DNA of 63,174 bases, the filler included, from Octopus bimaculoides (taxonomy: Eukaryota), in NCBI RefSeq assembly GCF_001194135.2. It is 4 parts of 3 records of this genome, joined end to end, with 100 filler letters (N's around TTAATTAATTAA, not from the genome) between each part and the next. Parts side by side here need not be neighbours in the genome. Positions count along the whole stretch, not along the records: positions 1 to 13,014 come from NC_068986.1; 3 more parts are not named here. One strand, 5' to 3'. This document shows positions 1 through 11,699 of this stretch, piece after piece (positions within the stretch are counted from its first letter, which is position 1; each line of letters begins with the position of its first letter). The position numbers and the translations under genes were made by a program. A model generated the notes under the pieces. That model did not search any database. It was not told the origin of the DNA and worked only from the letters and a program-made list of their open reading frames with translations.

Positions 1-389
1 GCAAGGTTCCTTAACTACCCTGTCCATGATGTAGCGGATCAGATGGAGGTTGTCATGGATACTCCTACCCGGCACGGCGCACGTCTGCGCCTTGTCGACT
101 AGTTTCTCGATGACAAGCACCAACCTCTCGGCTAACACTTTGGCCAAAATTTTCAAATCTGCGTTGAGCAGAGTGATGGGCCGAAAATTATCTATGACGT
201 TCCCCTTGTTTGGGTCTTTCTTTAGTAGTGCCACTGCTCCTCGCTTTACAAAGACGGGGATGCTCCCGTTTTGCTGCCAGTTGCAGTAGATAGCTGCCAA
301 GACGCCTCCAAACAAATCTGGCATATGACAATAAAGTTGGTAGGGCAGACCATCCAAGCCTGGCGACTTGTCTCCCTTGCAGCCTGCCA
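1..389 (-). mobile_element. Tx1/L1-clade LINE ORF2 fragment (reverse transcriptase N-terminal domains)
   Basis: An uninterrupted minus-strand frame reads AGCKGDKSPGLDGLPYQLY...KKDPNKGNVIDNFRPITLLNADLKILAKVLAERL...QTCAVPGRSIHDNLHLIR. These match the KSPGxDG, NxRPIxLLNxDxKILAK and GRSIxDN motifs of L1/Tx1 RT. It is cut by the window edge and a 100-N gap. Confidence 0.92.
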
Positions 390-489
390 NNNNNNNNNNN
401 NNNNNNNNNNNNNNNNNNNNNNNNNNNNNNNNNNNNNNNNNNNNNNNNNNNNNNNNNNNNNNNNNNNNNNNNNNNNNNNNNNNNNNNNN
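390..489. other. Assembly gap (100 N); other plain gaps at 1303-1618, 15368-15558, 36637-37385, 43461-43470
   Basis: N runs in the sequence; several abut (TA)n or (CA)n tracts. Confidence 0.99.
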
Positions 490-633
490 GTTTTTTTACT
501 CTCGCTAGACCACTGGTGGTAAATAAAATTTCTAAAAATGTTTTTGCTACCCTATAATTTATTAATATATATATATATATATAACTACGTATATGTGTGT
601 CCATTATGTATATATGTACATACATCATATATC

Positions 634-660
634 ACAGACAAATAGACAGACAGACGAACG

Positions 661-736
<76 letters not shown>

Positions 737-745
737 GGCAGACAG
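634..745. repeat. (GACA)n microsatellite
   Basis: Direct tandem tetranucleotide repeat; a similar (TGTC)n tract lies at ~32328-32425. Confidence 0.95.
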
Positions 746-918
746 ATGAGCTTGTGGAAAATTATATTTTCAAAATACACTCATGAATACGCGTGACTAA
801 CTTCAACCACAGGAGGCCTTTTTTTTAAAAAAGCATCATGGAATAATCTGTTACGTGTATATAGACACATCTATACGTAAACACATACATATATGAAGAT
901 TTGTCGAGGGTGGGGATC

Positions 919-973
919 AAGAAGAAGAAGAAGAAGAAGAAGAAGAAGAAGAAGAAGAAGAAGAAGAAGAAGA
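919..973. repeat. (AAG)n microsatellite
   Basis: Perfect tandem trinucleotide repeat. Confidence 0.97.
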
Positions 974-1265
974 AAAGGAAGAATGGTTCCGTAATATAAC
1001 AAATATTACGATAATAATTTCTTTCTTTTGACTAAGCACAAAACCAATTTTCTCCAAAAAATGCACAGTTGATTAAATATTTCGCAATTTAATGCTCGTT
1101 TTTAATTTTTCGGCACATTTGTTTCAGCATGAATTTTTGACCACCTTCTCCTACATTTTTTTAAATATCTTTTATTGGGTCTCTTTTTTTTTAATGACCT
1201 GTTGGTTTTTATGCTTTAAATATCAGAGATTTAGAATCGGCAAACAATATTATAATGTTGTATAC

Positions 1266-1302
<37 letters not shown>

Positions 1303-1618
1303 NNNNNNNNNNNNNNNNNNNNNNNNNNNNNNNNNNNNNNNNNNNNNNNNNNNNNNNNNNNNNNNNNNNNNNNNNNNNNNNNNNNNNNNNNNNNNNNNNN
1401 NNNNNNNNNNNNNNNNNNNNNNNNNNNNNNNNNNNNNNNNNNNNNNNNNNNNNNNNNNNNNNNNNNNNNNNNNNNNNNNNNNNNNNNNNNNNNNNNNNNN
1501 NNNNNNNNNNNNNNNNNNNNNNNNNNNNNNNNNNNNNNNNNNNNNNNNNNNNNNNNNNNNNNNNNNNNNNNNNNNNNNNNNNNNNNNNNNNNNNNNNNNN
1601 NNNNNNNNNNNNNNNNNN

Positions 1619-1665
<47 letters not shown>

Positions 1666-2236
1666 CACACACATACATGCATACATATATACACACACAG
1701 ACACACATACATATATAATATATATGCATATACCTATAAAAATAGCAATTTGTATACGTGTACATATACATACATACACACACATATGAATATATGCATA
1801 CAGATATACATGCAGGTATATATTGTTTACACCTATTGCATTTTTACATTTTATTTATTACAATTTATCTTTAATAAATTGAAAGTAAAACAATATTTTT
1901 AATTTTCTGGAAGTGAAACAACTAATGATTTCAAATGCAAACAAAATATATATCTACATACTTCAAACACAAACAGAATATAATTTTATGCGTATATATA
2001 CCTGCATAAAAAATGCTGCAACTATAAATCATATCACCCTAATCAGTTCCTGAAGGGAAAGAAATAAATATAAAATTTATGTGTTTATTTATTTTGCAAT
2101 TTCTCAATCTCTGATTCTGAGAATGTAAAGATCGGAGGACTACTTTCAAAAATGGTATAATAAAAATTGTTCGAGGTGTGTTTTGAAAACTAAATGCATG
2201 CTAAAACGAAGATGCTAATATGCTAGAGTACATGAA

Positions 2237-2316
2237 GCAGCGAGCTGGGCGAAATCGTTTGCACGTTGGGCGAAATGCTTAGCAGCATTTCGTCCGTCTT
2301 TACGTTCCGAGTTCAA
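2237..2316 (+). mobile_element. 5' head of SINE family 'A' (tRNA-type, truncated after the B-box-like GAGTTCAA)
   Basis: gcgagctgg...gggcgaaatgcttagcagcatttcgtccgtctttacgttccgagttcaa matches the full copies at 25174-25400, 54366-54600 and 61422-61627. Confidence 0.8.
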
Positions 2317-2545
2317 GGTGAAGAGACTGGAGTTGAACCAGCATTTGGAAGCCCAACACATTGGAAGCATTGCCAGAGCTAAGTTACGTGCGATAGGAAG
2401 TGAAGGAATCAAGGCCACTGGATGGGCCCGAGTAGTGGAAGCTCGACAAGGAAATAGTTCCATTATTCGGTCTTTGACGAATCAAAATGATGTCTTGGTA
2501 AACGAACCCGAGGAAATGTGTGAGGCCTTTCGGGAGTACTTCGCC
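2317..2545 (+). mobile_element. Tx1/L1-clade LINE ORF2 fragment (endonuclease-RT linker)
   Basis: KRLELNQHLEAQHIGSIARAKLRAIGSEGIKATGWARVVEARQGNSSIIRSLTNQNDVLVNEPEEMCEAFREYFA resembles the L1/Tx1 linker (xRxRxxxxxEGE...I..L...EI...F.xYF/Y). Confidence 0.7.
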
Positions 2546-3765
2546 CCTTGTACCAATGTGCACAAAGGGGATAGTCTATACACAATCCCTTTTTTATAAA
2601 TGCATAAGAAGAAAGACGAGTTTTTTTTAGCTATGAATGAAATATTTGAAAGAATTCTAAAACGAAGCGACGTGATGAAATATCTAGAGTTTGATATGAA
2701 AAAGACTTGACTGTTATGCCTAGCGGATCAACCGACCAAGTAGAAACCGAATATTAGGTGGTCGCTTCGCTTCTCTTTTTTATTTACAAGTAAAATAAAT
2801 TATATTTTGACTTTAGATATAACAGGACACTGAACTACTCATTAAGCTAAGGTAAATATGCTTATTTAAAGGCTGTTTTATTGAAACGAAACTAGTAAGA
2901 CACACCTGAATTGTAAATAACTCATCACAGTTTGAGCTATAGCAATTTTAATCCTTTAGATGATACGTTCCAGTATTTATACATTTAAATTCAATCGTTT
3001 TAACGAAGAAAGATTTTTTTGTTTTGTTGGGTTTTTTGTATGTGGAAAAAAAATGCCTGACACGTTTTAATCTCGTTTCAAGATTATAAAAACATGGGAG
3101 GGTTTAAAAGTTAAATACAGGAAATGTTAGTAATAGGAAATACTTTTTCTGCCGACTTACGTCAAATATAATGCTTTTCAAAGCTAATGAAACCTGGAGT
3201 CACTTCTCCTCACTGGAATACAATATTCGTTGCAGTTTATAACCCTGAGTCGCTTTTCAAGCGCAAGCAGAACTAAAGAGGTTTATTTCGATTACATACT
3301 TTAAAGTAAGCTTGGGGTAAACCAATAAAAGCTGATTCAATCGACTCTTGGCTTGTACATTATTTTAACAACCGAAGAAGGGATAAATGGTAAAGTTGGC
3401 CTCGGTGGGATTTGAAGTCAGAATATTTTTTACATAAAATACTTTGTCTGAAATCCTACCAATTCCAACAATCTATTGCTTGAACTATGAATACGAAATA
3501 TTGTAAATTCTTCTTTTCTTTTCCCCTAAAAATAAAAAAGTCTCAAGTGATTAAAAATGGCGAGATATGAGAGAGTTAATAAAATGGAGGGGAATTTAAC
3601 AGTTCATAAAATAGAATAAAAAAATGAAAATTTTAAAATACTTGATGCAAATATTCAATTCTTGACGGACTTCTTTCCGCTCATATTTAAAGTTGTGTTC
3701 CTGAAAATCCAGGTCACCATTTTGTCCCTAAAACAAGTCGCGAAAATTTATCATGCGCTCTAGAC

Positions 3766-3971
3766 CGGCATTTTTCAAGCTGTGGGTCTCTACCTTTCAG
3801 TGGATCGCGAGATAAATAAAATGGGTCGCGACAAAAGAGAAGAAAAGAAAAAAACCGCTAGTGGGTACAAAGTGCAGAATATCCAACGCTTTTCAAACTG
3901 TGGATCCCAACGATTCAGAGGGTCACGAGATAAATAAAATGGGTTGCGACAAAAAAGTTTGAAAAACGCTG
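3766..3971. mobile_element. hAT (Charlie-type) MITE with internal duplication
   Basis: TIR-like ends cggcatttttcaagc / gtttgaaaaacgctg. The 8-bp flanks ctctagac (3758-3765) and cccaagac (3972-3979) match at 6/8 and fit the NTCTAGAN target of Charlie elements. The motif cgagataaataaaatggg(t)(c/t)gcgacaaaa occurs twice inside. Confidence 0.7.
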
Positions 3972-5129
3972 CCCAAGACGACTAAGTCTACGTTTTTCAT
4001 TGGCTGATCTTAACCACAGTGGAGGTTCATCTATGCTAAAAAGCCCTATAAAAGAAAAAGAGAAAAAAATCCATTAACAATTTATATTAAGATGTTTTAA
4101 AATTTAAAATAATGTACAGGCATGTGATTAAACTGATATTGCTGTTTTTTTAATGTCTATGAATTTGTTTTGCAAGATTCCTGATGTGAAATCGTGTGTT
4201 GAAGCAAATATTGTTATATTTCAGAATGGCCATTTTTTTTTTTTTTTTGCCAAATAAACACGCGCTAAATATTCGTCCTTCACTCGTTTACTATTGCTTT
4301 TATTTTATCTTATGTCCATTGTCTGGAAATCTTTCGTCCATCGACTTTCCATCCCATGTGTCTCCTCCTGTTCTGTTTAATCCATTCTGTCTTTCTATGG
4401 TGCGTATCCTTAATATTGCGCATGCGTTTGCGTCTGTATCCGTATGTCTAAGTGTGTCTATGTGTCTAAAAAATGACCATCCCGAAGTATAACAATATGT
4501 TCTTTAATGGTTCGACTCAAAAGAGAACACCAACACTCTTTTCCAGGAACTCCAAAACTGATTGAAGCAAAGTCTTTCATAAACCAGAAGACTAACCCGA
4601 ATGTTTCCAGCAGAGGATACGCCGTTAATTTCAGTCAAGGACTAAATATTGCTACTGAACATGGCTACGGATTATGTCTACCATCCAACACTGCGAATGA
4701 GTCTTCCGAAAGACTTCCTTTCAGTTTTCGTCAACCAAATTCCACTCTTAGATATCTAGTCAAATTGATTCTATACTGAAAAACACCTACTATAGTGCTA
4801 CGCAGTGAGATTGAACCCGAGCACAGAGCTACGAATCGATCTTCATAACCGTATGAACTTTCCTATGTTTCTAATCGAGAGTCGACAACTGAGAGTCTTA
4901 AGAGTTCTTACACATGTCTCCGGACTAAATTATTAACTCCTGACGGACTTGTCCCACTCGTGTTTAAAACCGAGATCCTGAGCATCCAGGACGCTGTTTT
5001 TCTTCCTAAAATAAGTCCCCAAAAGCTATGAAGCGTCCTCTATGAAAACAAGTTCCTTAACACCATGGGGTCGTTGGGGCACTGCAGCCATGCAACGTAT
5101 CTAGGGTGAAAAAGCATGTTGGAGCCCGT

Positions 5130-5310
5130 TTCTCTCCAGGCTAAACTCATTTCTACAGCTGAGTGGACTCCACAAGTAGTACTCATTTCTACAGGTGAGT
5201 GATCTGGAGCAACGTGGAGTTAAGTGTTTTGCCCTTGAACACAACGGTCCAGGAATCGAAACTACAATCTTACGATCGTGAGTCCAGTACCCTAAGCTAA
5301 GCCACGCGTC
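5130..5310 (-). mobile_element. tRNA-type SINE (family 'E'); related copies ~52600-52830 and ~57290-57550
   Basis: Shared gagtggactggagcaac...aagtg(t/c)(c/t)ttgc(t/c)caa...cacaac core in three places in the window. Confidence 0.6.
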
Positions 5311-6097
5311 TCAGATGACGAAGTTTATATTTTTCATTGACCAATTTTAAACACAGAGTGAATTTATCTATACTAAATTTACCGTGTCTCCGCCCTGCAA
5401 AAGAAAAAGAGAAAAATGCAGACTGTAAGTGATTAGCAGGATCTATATATCATTAAACCACTAACAAAACATTTGGTTAAAGTAGGTGAAAGTCCCAAAG
5501 CCTTGTTTTTATGTTTGTATAATTCTATCAAAATTTATAAGTCAAGACTGGGGTGTGTCTTTCGATGTCGGAACGTCCTCGACGCCAGGAAATACAGTGC
5601 TTTCTGCGCTGTATATGTATATAGTCTGCCATGTACCCTTCCCTAATAACAATTAAAGAACAGGAACAACAACAATAACAACAACAAGACCAGCAACTAG
5701 AAATATCGCTTTCGTTATCGTCATTATTGTACATTTCGTTGTTGCTGGTGTTGTTGTTTAGTCTTACGTCAACCCTGATAAACCTGACTTATTTTCAAAA
5801 GCGTTCCAGCCGTGACCAATTTGTGTTCTTAGGGTTACTTAGATGCAGAGCATTCACATAATCCAATGGCTCTTTTTTTTAGAGGATAGGATTTGATGGG
5901 AGACATTTGACTGCTATTTCTAGCAGGTCGAGTGACAGAGCAGAAACTGCTCCAAAAGATAGCAAGACTGCAGTGACGAGCGTAATACAGTCTGGTGATG
6001 GTGCAAGGTGGTGTCAAGGAGGGGTGCGAAGGAGAACGACAAAGAGATAGAAAGAGAGAGGAGATTGTCATTGTTATTATTATTTATTATTATTACT

Positions 6098-6590
6098 ATT
6101 GAAAGAGCAGCGCATGCCGTCAAAGTGATACTGGGGTATAACAATACGAAACTCAATATACCCATCATGACTACCCGTCTGATAAGAATACGCCAGGCAC
6201 ATGCATCATTACCATATGTGCGCTACATGTTGATTTCATATCAAGATAAACTGCGCATGAGCTTGCAGACGGGGCCCAATTAAAAATTTCTTCAGGTTGA
6301 GTAGCCCATCTCTCTCAAAAGGTCCTGACTAAGGTTTGTGTAAGGATGATGAACAAAACACCCATGTTTCCAAAGGTGAATTATCCAAACCACAAACAAT
6401 TCCTCTCAACACATGGCTATGATGCTCCCCCACTACTTCTGCTCCTGATCAGAGATGTACATATCGTCAGCCACTAAGGGACATGCTAAACTGGCTAAGG
6501 CCAAGCAATTGACAAACAGATCTGTGGTATAAAGCAGAATATTTGCTTTGGCCCATCTTTTATACCAGGACAAAACATCATTTTGGGGTC
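6098..6590 (-). mobile_element. Non-autonomous interspersed repeat with (AAT)n 3' tail, copy 1
   Basis: About 270 bp align with 7049-7335 (gagcag(c/t)gcatgcc(g/a)tcaaagtga...cccatcatgactacccgtctgataag...cacccatgtttccaaaggtgaat). Both copies abut ATT runs on the same side. Confidence 0.75.
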
Positions 6591-6699
6591 GATAAATTAA
6601 GTACCACCCTAGCACTGGTGTCGATGTGATCGATTATCCCCCTCCCTACAAATTCCAGACCTTGTACCTGTAGTAGAAAGGATTATTATCTTTATTATT

Positions 6700-6990
6700 A
6701 CTATTGTTCAGTAGTTTTATTTTTATAACGTGCTTTCACTTCACTACCGAGCGCAGCTCTGTGCGCCTTGGGGATGTGCTGTGGTTTGCTGTGGTGCTCT
6801 TATGTTTACTGTATTGAAAGTGTTTTGAGTAGAATGTGTGCAGTACCCAGTAGTGCAATTTTCTGTATGTTATATATATTTGTAAGTCCTGGTATTTTTG
6901 TTATGTATTTGTCTGAATATTTTTTTTATTATACCTAAGGCACCTACTATGATAGGAATTGTTTCTGTTTTTAGATTCCACATCCGAATT
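6700..6990 (-). mobile_element. R4/Dong-clade LINE 3' end (REL endonuclease C-terminus plus 3' UTR)
   Basis: The minus frame IIRMWNLKTETIPIIVGALGIIKKYSDKYITKIPGLTNIYNIQKIALLGTAHIL matches the PIVIGALG...QKxxLLGTAHIL end of R4/Dong ORFs. It is flanked by TAA-type repeats. Confidence 0.8.
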
Positions 6991-6993
6991 ATC

Positions 6994-7048
<55 letters not shown>
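6994..7048. repeat. (ATT)n microsatellite; longer (ATC/ATT)n tract at 7715-7915
   Basis: Direct tandem repeats. Confidence 0.95.
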
Positions 7049-7335
7049 GCTAAGTGAGAGAGCAGTGCATGCCATCAAAGTGACACTGGTGTACAAATAT
7101 ACGAAGCCCATTATACCCATCATGACTACCCGTCTGATAAGGGTACACCAGGCACATGCATCACAACCATATATGCGCGACATGGTGATTTCATATCAAG
7201 AAAAACAGCGCATGACCTCGCAGTTAGAATTTTCTTCAGGTCGAGTAACCCATCCCGCTCAAAAGGTCCCTGAATAAGGTTTGTTTAAGGATGTTGAGCA
7301 AACACCCATGTTTCCAAAGGTGAATAATTCAATAT
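7049..7335 (-). mobile_element. Non-autonomous interspersed repeat with (AAT)n tail, copy 2 (truncated)
   Basis: Paralogous to 6098-6390. Confidence 0.75.
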
Positions 7336-7344
7336 TATTATCAT

Positions 7345-7730
7345 TAGAGTGGATGGTACCACTCTAAGTATGGACCTGTGAGTCGGAAAACAGAAATTGA
7401 AGTGGACACCTACCCTTGGTGTTCAGGGATATCTTGGACGGTGGGTTTCTTCCATTATCCCTAGAGGTCCTTCTGTGGCAGGAGAGCAGCATCATTATCG
7501 TTGACCCCATCCCACTTCATTCTTATTTTTATTTATTCTTTATTTTAACTATTTTTAAAGTTTATCTTTACAATTGTATGCAACGCATGCTTCTCTTCTC
7601 TGTCTTATTGTATACTGTGTATACTTTCTACACATTTATTTTTTCTCCCATTTCACTATAACCCCATACTTTGTATTGTCGCCTCATCCTTCGCCCTGGT
7701 GACAAATAAAAGAAATCATCATCATCATCA
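7345..7730 (+). mobile_element. Probable LINE 3' UTR (Tx1-like) ending aataaaagaa(atc)n
   Basis: A pyrimidine-rich 3'-UTR-like tract ends in ...ctggtgacaaataaaagaaatcatcatcatc. The family assignment is from recall only. Confidence 0.4.
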
Positions 7731-7748
7731 TCACCTATCATTATTATA

Positions 7749-7801
<53 letters not shown>

Positions 7802-7813
7802 CATTATTATTTC

Positions 7814-7860
<47 letters not shown>

Positions 7861-7867
7861 TGTTATT

Positions 7868-7898
<31 letters not shown>

Positions 7899-8350
7899 TT
7901 ATTATTATTATTATTGCTGTTGTTGTCGTCGCTCCAGACACTGCTTTACATTCCTCATCTTAGCAGCGATACAGATGTTTTGAAAGAAAATACAGCAAAC
8001 GTCAAGTACAGACTGAATCGAGATTAACCGGGTGGTGAATGGTGAGAAGTGACGACTGGAAGCGATGTGATACGAGATTTGCTGCCAAATGGGAAAAAAA
8101 AACAGAAATTCTAAGAAAACCACAGCCATGATTAGATTTCATGAGAGGTCAAACCACTTTGGTCAGATATCGTACTGTGTTGACACTGTATAGACACACT
8201 GATAACAAGTTTATATTTTTACATTGACATGAAGATTGGGAGTTTAAACTGAAAGAGTATAGGATAGAGATGTGATGTTCATTATTTCCCTAAAAATACA
8301 AGACGTCTATGAAGTTTACCAGTTCAAATTAGAATCGAAGCAGTGTCCCT

Positions 8351-8388
<38 letters not shown>

Positions 8389-8638
8389 GTGTGCGCGTCT
8401 GTGTGTGTGTGTGTGTGTGTATGTGTGTGTGTGTGTGCACAGGGATGCCTGGAGAAATTTGACAAAGTGGTACAAAACTATTTTCGGTCTTTGGGTGGTG
8501 AAGGTCTCAAAATTTTGGAGGTGAAGCCGGGAGTTTCTTAGGTTTGTGCACTGATACAGGCCCCTCCTTGTACTCCGAGTTCTGGGCTAATGCATTGTTT
8601 GAAATCCCTTATTATGAACCCTGTGTGTGTATGTGTGT

Positions 8639-8738
<100 letters not shown>

Positions 8739-9639
8739 CAATACATTTTTTGTAAATATCCATATTAAATTTTGCATTATGAGAACACAGGACCTAAATA
8801 TTGGTTTCGAATTTATTGTCCTCGTTGCTTCTTCCGCTGCTGCCGATCTCGTCTTTGTTGTTGCTGTTATCGTTGTCACCATTGTCAACGTCGTTCCCAT
8901 CGCCCTGTAGTCGTCGTCGCGTCGTCGCGTCGTTGCCGCCACCACCTGCACCACCATCATTGTCATCGCCATCGTTGCCACAGTCACCGCCGCCTACGTC
9001 GTGATCATCATCTCATCATCGTGTCGCTGTACTTCGTTTTTTGTGACCGAAAGCCAGCCCAATAGAGTAAACTTATCTATAATCAAGGACATCGAAACTG
9101 TATCTATATATCGATTTTTTTTTTGTTTTATATTTGTTTTTCAGTATTTATTTCAGCTGTAGTGTACCCGCATTACATTATTCAAAATGTCCTCCTAAAC
9201 TGATAAAAATCAATAAATAGACGTGACAATCCGAAGAAATAATTGACTCCCGATATACATTTGTAATTCCTCTTCTGTACTTCACGTTAACGGAATCGCT
9301 GATAAACTCCAGCTTCTTATCACACCAACGTCTTATCACTCCAGCATCTTATCACCTCTTTAAATATTTAGTACAGTTTGTTAACCTTAAAATGATATCA
9401 ACGTTTTTCATAGTAAATGTTATTACTGCCTTTCCCAGCCATCACTTTCAATTTCGAAGCATTGCAAAATTTATCAAGTTAACGGGGGGGGATTTAGCTG
9501 GTCGTTCGACCTACTAGAAAGAGCAGTGATATCTTCTAATTACATCTTACCGTTTCAGAGAAGGACACATGCAGCAAAACTACAATTCAAGTCAAATAAT
9601 GATAGTCTGTGTCTGCAAATAGTGAATACAAAAAATTTC

Positions 9640-9790
9640 TCAAGTGGATGCTCTATAACCACCTAGTTTGAGGTTCAGTCCCACTGTATAGCACCTTGAG
9701 CAGGTGTCTTCTGCTACAGCCCCTGGCCGACTGTCTTGTGAGCGAATTTGGTAGACGGAAACCGTGTGGAAGCCCGCCGTATATATGTGT
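9640..9790 (+). mobile_element. tRNA-type SINE family 'B'; other copies ~12325-12480, 17295-17420, 29030-29175(-), 30320-30470, 34740-34890, 50636-50785, 51100-51200(-), 57600-57665(-)
   Basis: Recurrent ggttcagtcccactg...caagtgtcttcta...ttgtgagtg(g/a)atttggtagacggaaactg motif. Confidence 0.8.
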
Positions 9791-10151
9791 GTACGCGCGC
9801 GCGTATGTTTCTTTGTATCGGTGCTTATCTCTTCCCACCTATCACTTGTCAACTGGTATTAGTTTGTTTATTTCCCCCCTAACTCAGCGATTCTGTTAAA
9901 CATCTTGCGGCTGTAGAGTACAAGTAAAGTCTGATTTGGTGAAGAGATTTAATAAGGCCGAAAGATGCCTAGAATCATCTTCTCCATTTACCAGAATCAT
10001 ACTGCTACTACATGCCTACATTCTATCTTTAATTATTTATAATTGGATTAAATCATCTAATGAACCGCCTATAGCATGTGTAATAAGCACAATGCTTTAG
10101 AAATAATACATTTCTAAATCTCTCAGAGAGATTTATGCTGTAGTGATACGA

Positions 10152-10505
10152 TGAAGTAGTTGTATGCTGTCAACTTAATGTGACAGTCCCCTGCAGGGAA
10201 TAATACTACTGTTGGTTAGACCTAGGAAGCTGTACCACTTCCTGTCAGCCTTGACACATTTCCTGTGTCCTTATGTTTACAAGAGGGAGACAAGCACCTC
10301 CACCCAGCTAAGCCTGCATCTAGAAATATGTCTCTGGATGCAGGCTTAGCTGGGTGGAGGTGCTTGTCTCCCCCTTGTAAACATAAGGACACAGGAAATG
10401 TGTCAAGGCCGACAGGAAGCAGTGCAGCTTCCTATGTCTAACCAACAGTAGTATTATTCCTTTCAGGGGATTGTCACATTAAGTTGACAGCATACAACTA
10501 CTTCA
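10152..10505. repeat. 354-bp foldback palindrome (173-bp arms, 8-nt loop)
   Basis: 10152-10324 is the reverse complement of 10333-10505 with about 10 mismatches counted by eye. Loop is aatatgtc. No clear TSD. Confidence 0.95.
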
Positions 10506-10539
10506 AGCACAATACTGTTTCAAATTTTGGCAGAAAGCC

Positions 10540-10890
10540 AGCAATATAAGAGAGTTAATTGATTACATCGAGCTAATACGAAACTGCTATGTCTTTTATC
10601 GACACCGAAAGAGATGAAAGGCAAAGTCGACCACGGTGCAATTTGAACTTACAACATAACGAGACGGAAGAAATATGCTTTCTACTGTACACACAAGGCC
10701 TGAAATTTTGGTGGAGAAGGAGGAGGTAAGCCGATTACATCGACCCCAGTGCTCAACTGGTACTTATTTTATCCACCCCGACAGGATGAAAGGCAAAGAC
10801 GACCTCGGCGGAATTTGATCTCAGACCGGACAAAATGCCGCTAAGCATTTTGCCCGGCATGGTAACGATTCTGCTAGCTAGCTCGCCCTA
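10540..10890 (-). mobile_element. Two tandem SINE family 'A' copies (~10540-10680 and ~10700-10890)
   Basis: gatgaaaggcaaag(t/a)cgacc(a/t)cgg...atttga(a/t)ct occurs twice; ccgctaagcattttgcccggc is the head in reverse. Confidence 0.8.
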
Positions 10891-11442
10891 ACAATAAACA
10901 TAATATTAACTATATATAACCATCGATCTTTTCTCCCCTCATTATTTACAATATGAGTTAACTAAACGTTAATAACTGCATCAGAAAACAGAACTGCTCT
11001 CATCACGCAGCAAATAGCGCATATATTTCTCATGGAAATTAGCGGTCTAACGTTCTATACGACGAAAAATATCATCCCATATAACTAGACATATACATAA
11101 CATGTTTGCATGTGGTTTTGGTTCTTCCAGTCGAAATTCTATAAGGGTTATCTTTGTAAAATGCGCTAAACAATGCACGCCGTTACGATCTAAAGAACTT
11201 TAAAACACGTTATTTACAGTAACATAAACCTACTCCAGCATTCTCCGGTAGTTTAACATTACAGTTGAAATTCACTCAGCATAGCACCTGTCTACTTCTA
11301 TATATTCTTCACACACATATTTCTAATGGGCAGACATTGAATATATGCGTGAGCCTGTGTGTGCACGAGCGCGTATGTATGTGTTTCTATGCACACACAC
11401 ACACATACGCAAGCACGTACAAATACACACAAGCATGCATAC

Positions 11443-11513
<71 letters not shown>

Positions 11514-11658
11514 CACGTATATATATGTATACATATATATACATATACATATATATATACATACATAGACATATACATACATATCCATATATCTACATAT
11601 ACGTATATATATACATCACCTCCAAACCTTCTAATATATATACACACGCGTGAGTGAA

Positions 11659-11699
<41 letters not shown>

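Noticed and set aside
1092-1902. Long ORFs spanning N runs (also 15251-15715 and 36474-37594)
   Set aside because: They stay open only because N codons and (TA)n contain no stops.
2237-2316. SINE heads as genuine tRNA genes
   Set aside because: No complete cloverleaf; they continue into SINE bodies and tails in the full-length copies.
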